A stretch of 64,000 nucleotides of DNA from an uncultured bacterium. Lineage in GTDB: Bacteria > Verrucomicrobiota > Lentisphaeria > Victivallales > Victivallaceae. Positions 8,812 through 16,043 of this stretch are shown here, one piece after another. Below the pieces are notes generated by a model. It saw nothing but the letters and a program-made list of their open reading frames with translations, did not search any database and was not told the origin of the DNA. The position numbers were made by a program, and so were the translations under genes. The DNA is taken from positions 903-64,902 of the forward strand of contig CASFRF010000050.1 of the NCBI GenBank assembly GCA_949297015.1, in the 5' to 3' direction. Numbering within the stretch: position 1 is the first letter of the stretch; the number at the start of each line of letters is the position of its first letter.

Positions 8812-9413
8812 GGTGTTTCCCGTTGACGATTGTGGGCGGGGCCCGACTCGGCGCGGCGGAGTATCGACTCTACCGGCGAAAAGGCGTGTGCAACCGGCCC
8901 GCGGCGGATTCGGGGTTGTTGGCGGAACTGGCGACGCAGACGTGGATCCCGCCATGCCGTTCCGGCAATTTCCGCCGGGCGGGGGGCGCGGCCCGGAGCG
9001 CGGTACTGGCCGCGTTGCTGGCCGCCGGAGACGCGGGAGAGCCGATTCCGCCCGACGCCGGGATTCTGGGGTGGAACGGTCGCGGCTGTGTGGCCGAGGA
9101 TGAGGCCTATTTCCGGGACTATCTGGAGCATGGCGGAGAGCTGGGGCAGGGACGACTTTTCGTGCCGACGCTGCCGACCGCGCCGCTGGCCGAAGCGGCG
9201 ATCGCCCTCGGTCTGGGCGGCGAGGTCGCCTACTGGCGGACCGCGCCCGACACCGGGCGGCTCTTTGAACTGGCGGCGGACCGGCTGCGGCGGGAGCCGC
9301 GGGTATTGCTGCTGGAGTTGGGGTGTCAGGAGGTCACGGCGTTGTTCTGTGCTCCCGGATCATGGTTGCACGAACCCTGTTCCGCATTGGCGGAAGTGGA
9401 GTTTCCGGAATGA
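8808..9413 (+). CDS. Cys-less KS-partner protein (chain-length-factor-like)
   Basis: Start moved to ATG 8808 (ATGA overlap with the KS stop); the 74 upstream codons of track ORF 8586..9413 lie inside the KS gene. About 200 aa with no catalytic Cys/His. Block LFVPTLPTAPLAEAAIALGLGGEV parallels FAHSVYNAASAVAALELGLHGPV of the second partner at 14017. Function inferred from position and this similarity. Confidence 0.5.
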   Translation: MRCFPLTIVGGARLGAAEYRLYRRKGVCNRPAADSGLLAELATQTWIPPCRSGNFRRAGGAARSAVLAALLAAGDAGEPIPPDAGILGWNGRGCVAEDEAYFRDYLEHGGELGQGRLFVPTLPTAPLAEAAIALGLGGEVAYWRTAPDTGRLFELAADRLRREPRVLLLELGCQEVTALFCAPGSWLHEPCSALAEVEFPE

Positions 9414-10741
9414 GAATTCTGTTGTTTTCGATCAATTTCTGCACCTCTCCGTATCCGGTCTATCCGCTGGGGATGAGTGTGGTCGCCGGCGCGTTGACCG
9501 CGGCCGGACACGAGGTGCTGCAGTTTGACGCTTTGCCATACGGGCCTGAACGCTGGCTGGAGGCCGCCGCCGGCGCGGTGGGCCGGTTCCACCCCGACGT
9601 ACTGGGTGTGAGCTGGCGCAATCTCGACACCGTGGACAGCTCCGATTCCGCCGGGAGTTTGTTCCACGAGAGCGTGGCGCGGGTGCGCCGGATTCGTGCG
9701 CTCAGTTCTGCCCCGCTGGTGCTGGGCGGCGCGGGGTTTTCGTTGCAGCCGGAGCACTTGCTGGAGCTGACCGGCGCCGATTACGGGGTGGTGGGCGAGG
9801 GCGAGAAGGCGCTGGTGGAACTGGTTTCCGAACTTGCCGCGGGGCGGCGGCCGGAGGCGCGGTTGCGCCGCGGGACGGGCGGACCTCAGGTGGCCCCGCT
9901 TTATGTCCCGGAACTCATCGCCTACTACGGTGGGGAGACCCATTTGATTCCGGTTCAAACCAAGCGCGGCTGTCCGTTCCGTTGCGCCTACTGCACCTAT
10001 CCGGCGCTGGAGGGTCGGCGGGTCCGGCCGCGTCCCGTGGCCGAGGTGCTGGCCGACCTGGAACAGATCCGCGAGGCGCAGCCCGAGGCGATGATCTACT
10101 TTGTCGATGCCGTGTTCAACGACCCCGGCGGCAGTTGGCAGGCGCTGGTCGACGGCTTGATCGAGCGGAACTGGCAGTTGCCCTGGACCGCCTTTCTCAC
10201 CCCCTCCGGATTGACCGCGAAGGACCTGGAGCGGATGGCCCGCTCCGGTCTGGTGACGGCCGATCTGGGCGTCGATGGAGCGACCGACGAAACCCTTGTC
10301 GGGCTGGCCAAGGACTTCACCTTCGAGGCGGTGCGCCGGAGTTGTCAGACGTTGGCCGGCCTGGGAGTCGGGATCTCCGCCAGTGTGATGTTCGGCGGCC
10401 CCGGCGAGACGGCGGAGACGATCCGCCGGGGAATCGACAATCTGCGCGCACTGCCCGCCTGTTCGCTGATCTACGCCGGAATCCGGCTGCTGGCCGGTAC
10501 GCCTCTGCTGGAGCGGGCGCGGCAGGAGGGGCAGGTTCCGCCGGACTGGGACGGGCTGCGGGCGCTCTACTACTACGCGCCGGGCATCGATCCGGACCGG
10601 CTTGACGCCGAACTGAAAAGCGGCTTTGCCGGCTGCCGGAACTGCGTCTATCCCCCCTCCGGCCGCGACGCTGAGCTGCGGTTGCTCTATAAATTCGGTT
10701 ATCCCCGGCTCCGGCAGCTGTTGCAGCAGGAGATGTCATGA
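9410..10741 (+). CDS. B12-binding-domain radical SAM enzyme
   Basis: Start at ATG 9410 (ATGA overlap), MRILLFSINFCTSPYPVYPLGMSVVAGAL..GHEV, a Rossmann-like cobalamin-binding-type N-domain. Then KRGCPFRCAYCTY (CxxxCxxC) at the start of the TIM-barrel part. 443 aa. Confidence 0.8.
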   Translation: MRILLFSINFCTSPYPVYPLGMSVVAGALTAAGHEVLQFDALPYGPERWLEAAAGAVGRFHPDVLGVSWRNLDTVDSSDSAGSLFHESVARVRRIRALSSAPLVLGGAGFSLQPEHLLELTGADYGVVGEGEKALVELVSELAAGRRPEARLRRGTGGPQVAPLYVPELIAYYGGETHLIPVQTKRGCPFRCAYCTYPALEGRRVRPRPVAEVLADLEQIREAQPEAMIYFVDAVFNDPGGSWQALVDGLIERNWQLPWTAFLTPSGLTAKDLERMARSGLVTADLGVDGATDETLVGLAKDFTFEAVRRSCQTLAGLGVGISASVMFGGPGETAETIRRGIDNLRALPACSLIYAGIRLLAGTPLLERARQEGQVPPDWDGLRALYYYAPGIDPDRLDAELKSGFAGCRNCVYPPSGRDAELRLLYKFGYPRLRQLLQQEMS

Positions 10742-11898
10742 GAACGCTGGTGGCGATTCCGGTCTACAATCACGGCGCCACGGTGCTGGAGGTGGTACGG
10801 CGGACTTGCGTCGTGCACCCTGAAGTGCTGGTGGTGGATGATGGCTCCACCGATCTTGGCCCCGACTTTGAACGGGAGCTGGCGGCCGCGGGGGTGGCGC
10901 TGGTCCGGCATCCACGCAACCGGGGAAAGGGGGCGGCGCTGCGCACCGCGTTGACTTGGGCTCGGGAGCACGGGTTCGATTATCTGGCGACCATTGACGC
11001 CGACGGCCAGCACGACCCCGGAGATCTGCCCCGGCTGCTGGCGGTGGCGGCTGCCGCGGCGCCGGAGCCGGTGCTGGTGGTCGGGTGTCGCGACTTCTCC
11101 GGGCCGGGAATTCCGGAAAAGAGCCGTCGAGGTCGGGAGATCGCCAATTTCTGGCTCCGGGTCGAGTGCGGAGCCGACTGTGCCGACTGTCAGAGCGGTT
11201 TCCGGCTCTATCCGGTGGCGGCGCTGGCTCCGCTGAAATTTCTGGGGCACGGCTACAACTTTGAAGCCGAGGTGCTGACCCGGGCGGTCTGGGCCGGAAT
11301 CGTGCTCCGGAACGTCCCGGTCCGGGTTCACTATCCACCGCCCGGGGAGCGGGTCAGTCACTTCCGGCTCGGACGGGACAATCTGGCGCTCGGGCTGATG
11401 CACTTTCATCTGGTCGGCCTGCGGCTGCTGCCGTTGCCGCGCCGGGGATCCTGGCGGGCGGTGCGTTCGGCGGCGCAGTCGCTGCGTCATCCGCTCCGGT
11501 TGCTGCGGGCGTTGCTGGCCGAGAACTGCACGCCGGGCGGACTGGCGGCCGCGGCGGCCGTGGGAACGTTGCTGGCGGTGATTCCGATCCCCGGCTTTCA
11601 CTCGGCGGCCATTGTCTATGCGACGCTCCGGCTTCATCTCAACAAGGTGATGGCACTGGCGATTCAGAATCTCTTCATGCCGCCGTTCACGCCGTTTCTC
11701 TGCATTGAACTGGGATATTTTCTGCGGTATGGACGCTGGCTTACCGAATTCAATTTCGATACCGTGGTCCGCGAACTCGGCTTCCGGCTCTGGGAGTGGC
11801 TGCTGGGCAGTCTGGTGCTGGCTCCGCTGTTTGCAGCTGTGGTGTTTGTGCTGGTCTACGCGACAACCGCATGGCTGCAGCGGAGGAGGTCGGAATGA
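10738..11898 (+). CDS. family 2 glycosyltransferase fused to a C-terminal DUF2062-like membrane domain
   Basis: AIPVYNHGATV, VVDDGSTD, NRGKGAAL and IDADGQHD are the GT2 (GT-A) blocks. The C-terminal ~130 aa form hydrophobic helices (LLAVIPIPGFHSAAIVYATL..., LVLAPLFAAVVFVLVY). ATGA overlap upstream. Confidence 0.8.
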   Translation: MRTLVAIPVYNHGATVLEVVRRTCVVHPEVLVVDDGSTDLGPDFERELAAAGVALVRHPRNRGKGAALRTALTWAREHGFDYLATIDADGQHDPGDLPRLLAVAAAAAPEPVLVVGCRDFSGPGIPEKSRRGREIANFWLRVECGADCADCQSGFRLYPVAALAPLKFLGHGYNFEAEVLTRAVWAGIVLRNVPVRVHYPPPGERVSHFRLGRDNLALGLMHFHLVGLRLLPLPRRGSWRAVRSAAQSLRHPLRLLRALLAENCTPGGLAAAAAVGTLLAVIPIPGFHSAAIVYATLRLHLNKVMALAIQNLFMPPFTPFLCIELGYFLRYGRWLTEFNFDTVVRELGFRLWEWLLGSLVLAPLFAAVVFVLVYATTAWLQRRRSE

Positions 11899-12785
11899 GC
11901 ACGGCCTCCGGAAATCTCAGCGCCCGGCGGGGGCCGGGCGCCGGAATCGCCTTTTTCCGGCTGCTGCTGGCGCTGCCCGGGGGCTGTGCAGCAGCTCTTC
12001 AGCTGGTGGCTCCGGTGGCCGGGTGCTATGCGTTGTTTGATCGCCGGGCCCGCCGGGCGGCGGGGTGGTATTTGCGTCACCGGTTCCCCGGAGCCGGACG
12101 GTTCCGGCTCGGCATGCACGCCTGGCGGCTGATGACGGCCCAAGGGCGGGCGCTGGTGCTGGCGGCGTGGATCGGGCGACGTGGTCTGCCGCCGATCCCC
12201 AGGGTGACGACTCCCGTCGGAGAGGCGTTGCTGCACGACTCTTCGCGGGGCGTGATCCTGCTGATTTCGCACTTCGGGTGCTGGCAGGCGGCGTTGGCGG
12301 GGGTGGGCTCCTGCGGTCGCCCGGTGACGGTGTTGGCTCAAGCCGACCTCAACGCCCGGCTGGATAAGCGCACGCTGGCATTGCGCGAGCGGGAAGCCAT
12401 CCGCTTTCTGGACGCGGAGTCCGGCGTCGACGGCGGGTTGTTCGAGTGTCTGGAGGCGCTGGCGCGCGGCGAACTGGTCTGTTTGATGGGGGATCGTCCG
12501 GCGGGGCCGGTGGTGGAGCTGCCGTTTCTGGGGGGACGCCGGGCCTTTCCGCTTTCGCCCTGGTGGCTGGCGGCGCGGAGCGGTGCGCCGGTGCTGCCGC
12601 TGTGGCTGGCGCTCGAAGGGGGAACCCGGATGAAGTTCTATTTCGGGGAGCCGATTCACCCGCCGCAAACGGTCGGGCGCCGACCCGATCCGGAGTCCGT
12701 CCGACGGGCAGCGGAACCCTATCTGCGGCGTCTGACGGAGCTGGCGCACGACTATCCCTACGAGTTTTTCTGGTTCGATTCGTGA
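11895..12785 (+). CDS. lysophospholipid/lipid-A-type acyltransferase (LpxL/HtrB-like LPLAT family)
   Basis: Start at ATG 11895 (ATGA overlap). N-terminal anchor IAFFRLLLALPGG. GVILLISHFGCWQAALAG corresponds to the H-x-G-N-W-E-type catalytic block of lauroyl/myristoyl acyltransferases, followed by LVCLMGDRP. Confidence 0.6.
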   Translation: MSTASGNLSARRGPGAGIAFFRLLLALPGGCAAALQLVAPVAGCYALFDRRARRAAGWYLRHRFPGAGRFRLGMHAWRLMTAQGRALVLAAWIGRRGLPPIPRVTTPVGEALLHDSSRGVILLISHFGCWQAALAGVGSCGRPVTVLAQADLNARLDKRTLALREREAIRFLDAESGVDGGLFECLEALARGELVCLMGDRPAGPVVELPFLGGRRAFPLSPWWLAARSGAPVLPLWLALEGGTRMKFYFGEPIHPPQTVGRRPDPESVRRAAEPYLRRLTELAHDYPYEFFWFDS

Positions 12786-12795
12786 GTCGGAGCGC

Positions 12796-12823
12796 TTGAC
12801 TTCCGGCGGAGCACCATTACAAT
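12796..12823 (+). promoter_or_regulatory. predicted internal sigma70-type promoter in front of the second KS gene
   Basis: TTGACT (12796..12801), 16-nt spacer, TACAAT (12818..12823), in the only non-overlapping junction (38 nt) of the lipid operon. The -10 abuts ATG 12824 and is 6 nt from ATG 12830, implying a leaderless transcript. Confidence 0.4.
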
Positions 12824-14020
12824 ATGAGTATGAGTGAGACGAGAAAACGGTTTCCGGTGATCACCGGCTGGGGATGTCGCTCAGCTCTGGGGCGGACTCC
12901 GGAGTCGACGCTACGGGTGTTGTCCGGTCAGGCCCCGGCGCCGGAACCGCAGCTTCCGAAACGGTTGCGGACGACGCTGACCCTGCCGGTATTCGAGCTT
13001 CCGGATGAGGAGCTGCCACCCGGGCCGGGCGGACGTGAAAACGGCTTGCTGCGGGCGACGCTGGTGGAGGCGCTGGCGGCGGCGGGGCTCGAGGCCGCCG
13101 CCTTGCGGGGACAGCGCGTCGGGGTGGCGGTGGGCACCACCGGAAAAGTTCAGTTCCACGACTTTGAATTTTGCGCGCGATTGCGCCGGGGGGAGCAGCC
13201 GGATGCGGCATCGCTCCGGGATTTTGTCGACGGTTCGCCGGCGGAGTGTCTGCAGCGGGAACTGGGAGTCTGCGGCCCGGCGTTGACGATCTCCACGGCC
13301 TGCGCTTCCGGCGCCGATGCCTTGGGCGTGGCCGCCGGTTGGCTGCTGGCCGGGAGTTGTGAGCTGGCGATCGCCGCCGGCGTCGACGTGCTCAGTCCGG
13401 TGGCGCTGGCCGGCTTTCATGCGCTCGGAGTGTGCTCCGCGACGCCTTGCCGTCCCTTTGACGCACGTCGCAGCGGGCTGAACTTGGGGGAGGGGGTCGG
13501 CGTGTTGATTCTCGAATCTCCCGCCCGGGCGGCAAAACGCGGCCGCGGGGACGGTTTGTTTCTCGCCGGGTACGGCAAAAGTTTTGACGGTTATCACCTG
13601 ACCCGGCCGGCCCCGGAGGGCCGCTACCTGGAACAGGCGATCCAGCAGGCGCTGGCGGGGGCGGGCCTGACCCCGGGGGAGATCGCACTGGTGAACGCTC
13701 ACGGCACCGGTACCCGGCTCAATGACGCCGTGGAGGCGAAGACCCTGTACCGGGTATTCGGAGTTGGGGTTCGCTATCACTCGACCAAGGGTCTGAGCGG
13801 GCACACGCTGGGTGCGGCCGGAGCGCTGGAAGCGCTGTTCTGCGGGTTGATGCTGCAATCCGGAATCGCCGCTTCCAGCCGGGGATTTGAGGAGCCGGAT
13901 CCGGAGTTGCCGGTCTCTCCGCTGCGTCACCCGACGGCGCTGGAGGGGCGTTTTGTTTTGTCGCTTTCAATCGGTTTCGGCGGTTCCAACAGTGCCTTGA
14001 TTCTGGGGAGAGACCAATGA
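12824..14020 (+). CDS. beta-ketoacyl-ACP synthase, FabF/FabB-like
   Basis: TISTACASGADALGVAAGWL (active-site Cys), GYHLTRPAPEG and NAHGTGTRLND (two His), STKGLSGHTLGAAG, SIGFGGSNSALILG. 398 aa. Confidence 0.85.
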   Translation: MSMSETRKRFPVITGWGCRSALGRTPESTLRVLSGQAPAPEPQLPKRLRTTLTLPVFELPDEELPPGPGGRENGLLRATLVEALAAAGLEAAALRGQRVGVAVGTTGKVQFHDFEFCARLRRGEQPDAASLRDFVDGSPAECLQRELGVCGPALTISTACASGADALGVAAGWLLAGSCELAIAAGVDVLSPVALAGFHALGVCSATPCRPFDARRSGLNLGEGVGVLILESPARAAKRGRGDGLFLAGYGKSFDGYHLTRPAPEGRYLEQAIQQALAGAGLTPGEIALVNAHGTGTRLNDAVEAKTLYRVFGVGVRYHSTKGLSGHTLGAAGALEALFCGLMLQSGIAASSRGFEEPDPELPVSPLRHPTALEGRFVLSLSIGFGGSNSALILGRDQ

Positions 14021-14571
14021 TCCGGGCATTTGAACTGCAGCTCGACCCCGGGGAGTTGACTCCGGACCGGCTTCGGGCGCTGCGTACCGGCGCATTCCGG
14101 CGGCTGGACCGCTACGGGACGCTGGCGCTGGCGGCGGCCCGGCGTTTCCGCACGGAGTTGTCGCGGCCGTTGAGTCCGGAGTCCGCGTTGCTGACGGTCA
14201 GTTCCTTCGGCCCGCTGACAACCTCGTTCGGGGTGCTGGCCGAATTGTTGACGTATTCGGAGGAGGAGTTGTCGGCCGGTGGATTTGCCCATTCGGTCTA
14301 TAACGCGGCCTCGGCGGTGGCGGCGCTGGAGCTCGGTCTGCACGGCCCGGTGCTGGCTCTGGGCGGTTTTGAACAGCCGGAACCGGCGGCGCTGGAGCTG
14401 AGTCGGTGCTGGCTGGCGTGCGGCTGGGTTCCGGCGGTGGTGTTGATGATTCTGGAAGAGGCGTCGCCGGTGACCGAGCTGGCGGCGCAATGGTATCCGG
14501 AACGGTTTCCCGAACCGGTGGTCGAACGGCTCCGGGTGGTTTTGCTGCGAGCGGGGGAGGAAGGAGAATGA
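14017..14571 (+). CDS. Cys-less KS-partner protein (chain-length-factor-like), second copy
   Basis: ATGA overlap with the KS gene. 184 aa. GFAHSVYNAASAVAALELGLHGPVLAL resembles the KS active-site neighbourhood but lacks the Cys. Same position relative to a KS as the 8808 gene. Confidence 0.5.
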   Translation: MIRAFELQLDPGELTPDRLRALRTGAFRRLDRYGTLALAAARRFRTELSRPLSPESALLTVSSFGPLTTSFGVLAELLTYSEEELSAGGFAHSVYNAASAVAALELGLHGPVLALGGFEQPEPAALELSRCWLACGWVPAVVLMILEEASPVTELAAQWYPERFPEPVVERLRVVLLRAGEEGE

Positions 14572-14819
14572 GGATGGAAACGGAGATCTTACATGCCCTG
14601 ATCGAGGAGATCGCGCTGATTACCGGGTGCGAGTGCGCCCAGGTGAAGCCCGATGCCGATCTGGCCGAGAACGGGATTCATTCGCTGGGCTTTATCGAAC
14701 TGCTGCTGGCGGTCAAGCGGCGCTGGCAGCTGGATCTGACTGGGGGCGAGCTGGGGCCGGAGGACGTCGCATCGGTGACGGCGTTGGCCCGCCGGATCGA
14801 AGTCGGACTGCAAAAATGA
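14568..14819 (+). CDS. acyl/peptidyl carrier protein (Ser in an HSL rather than DSL motif)
   Basis: Start at ATG 14568 (ATGA overlap, AAGGAG RBS). 83 aa. LAENGIHSLGFIELLLAVKRRW is the phosphopantetheine-attachment helix, and G-x-H-S-L is the variant typical of NRPS thiolation domains. Confidence 0.7.
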   Translation: MRMETEILHALIEEIALITGCECAQVKPDADLAENGIHSLGFIELLLAVKRRWQLDLTGGELGPEDVASVTALARRIEVGLQK

Positions 14820-16042
14820 ACGGGCGGCTCTATCTCGGGAGTTTCGATTACGCCGCGGCGGCGCTGGACCGGGCCTGTATCCTGACTCCGGCCCGGGGCA
14901 ATCCCTTTTTGTTGATGGTGGACGGCAATCTCCCTTGGGCCGAACGGCTGGCGGAACTTCCGGAGGAGGCCTTGCGCTTGTTGCACGGCCGTCGACGGCG
15001 GGCCTGGCAGCTGGCGCCTTACTGGCAGCCGGGCGCGGCCGATCCGGTTTTCGTGGAAACCGTGAGCGCTGCCGCGGCAGACCGCGAGCGGGCGATCGCC
15101 GATTACTGGAACACGCCGCTGCCGCCGGGTGCGCATCTGGCCTGCCGCCGGTTGACTTCTGCGGAGGGGAGCGGACCGTGGCTGTTCAAGTTCAGTCATC
15201 AATTGTTCGATGGCGGCGGGGCCGAGCTTTTTGTCAAAACCTTGTTGCGGAATCCGGCGGAACTGGGGCCGGGAAACTCCTTTTTAAATCATCCGGAACT
15301 TCGGGATTGGAGCACCAAGTTCCGTTCAGGACAGCGGGTGAATCGCTTTCTGCGGGCGTTGCCGCCGATTTCGGCTCTCCCCGCCGCTGCCCCGAACGCG
15401 GCGTCGCGGTTCCGGCGTTTCGAGTTTGAGGTTGCTCCGATCCGGGAGCGCAGCGACCGGCTGGCCGGGCCGCTGATGCTGGGCGTCTATCTGGCCGCGG
15501 TGGCGGGGTGCGCGTTCGGAGAACTGTCCGCTCCGCCGGGGGCGCTGTTGCTGCCGGTGACCGCCGACCGGAGGCAGCGACGGCGCGGGAGGGGGCATTG
15601 CTACGGCAACCACTGGAGTTGTCTGCCGCTGCTGTTTGAGCGACGTCCCGAGTGGCGCTTCGCGGACTATCTGGCGGCGGCCCGGGTGGGATTCACCCGG
15701 AGTGTATCCGAAGGGATTCCGGTCGATTTTGAGAATGCCAACTATCTGACCCGGATTGCGCCGTTGAACTGGTTTGCCGCGCACTGCTCCGGGCTGTTCC
15801 ACGGCACCGGCGGGAGTTTGATGTTCTCGTTCATCCCCGACTCCGGTGCCTGGGACGACGCAATTTCCGGGGTCAGCCATCTGCCTGCGATGCCGCCATC
15901 CCCGGGGCTGGGGGTGGTGTTCAGCCAGTTTCGCGACCGGCTGTTTCTGGTGTTGTCCTATCGGGAGGGAGTGTTGCCGGAGCCGGAAATCGAACACCTC
16001 GCCGGAGCACTGGTCCGGCGATTGCAGGAAGGAGAGGCGTAG
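14816..16042 (+). CDS. stand-alone condensation-domain-like acyltransferase (HxxxDG motif)
   Basis: Start at ATG 14816 (ATGA overlap). FKFSHQLFDGGGAELF (nt 15194..15220) places H128/D132 where NRPS C domains, PapA5 and WS/DGAT enzymes carry HHxxxDG. About 408 aa, the usual size of such domains. Confidence 0.5.
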   Translation: MNGRLYLGSFDYAAAALDRACILTPARGNPFLLMVDGNLPWAERLAELPEEALRLLHGRRRRAWQLAPYWQPGAADPVFVETVSAAAADRERAIADYWNTPLPPGAHLACRRLTSAEGSGPWLFKFSHQLFDGGGAELFVKTLLRNPAELGPGNSFLNHPELRDWSTKFRSGQRVNRFLRALPPISALPAAAPNAASRFRRFEFEVAPIRERSDRLAGPLMLGVYLAAVAGCAFGELSAPPGALLLPVTADRRQRRRGRGHCYGNHWSCLPLLFERRPEWRFADYLAAARVGFTRSVSEGIPVDFENANYLTRIAPLNWFAAHCSGLFHGTGGSLMFSFIPDSGAWDDAISGVSHLPAMPPSPGLGVVFSQFRDRLFLVLSYREGVLPEPEIEHLAGALVRRLQEGEA

Positions 16043-16043
16043 G

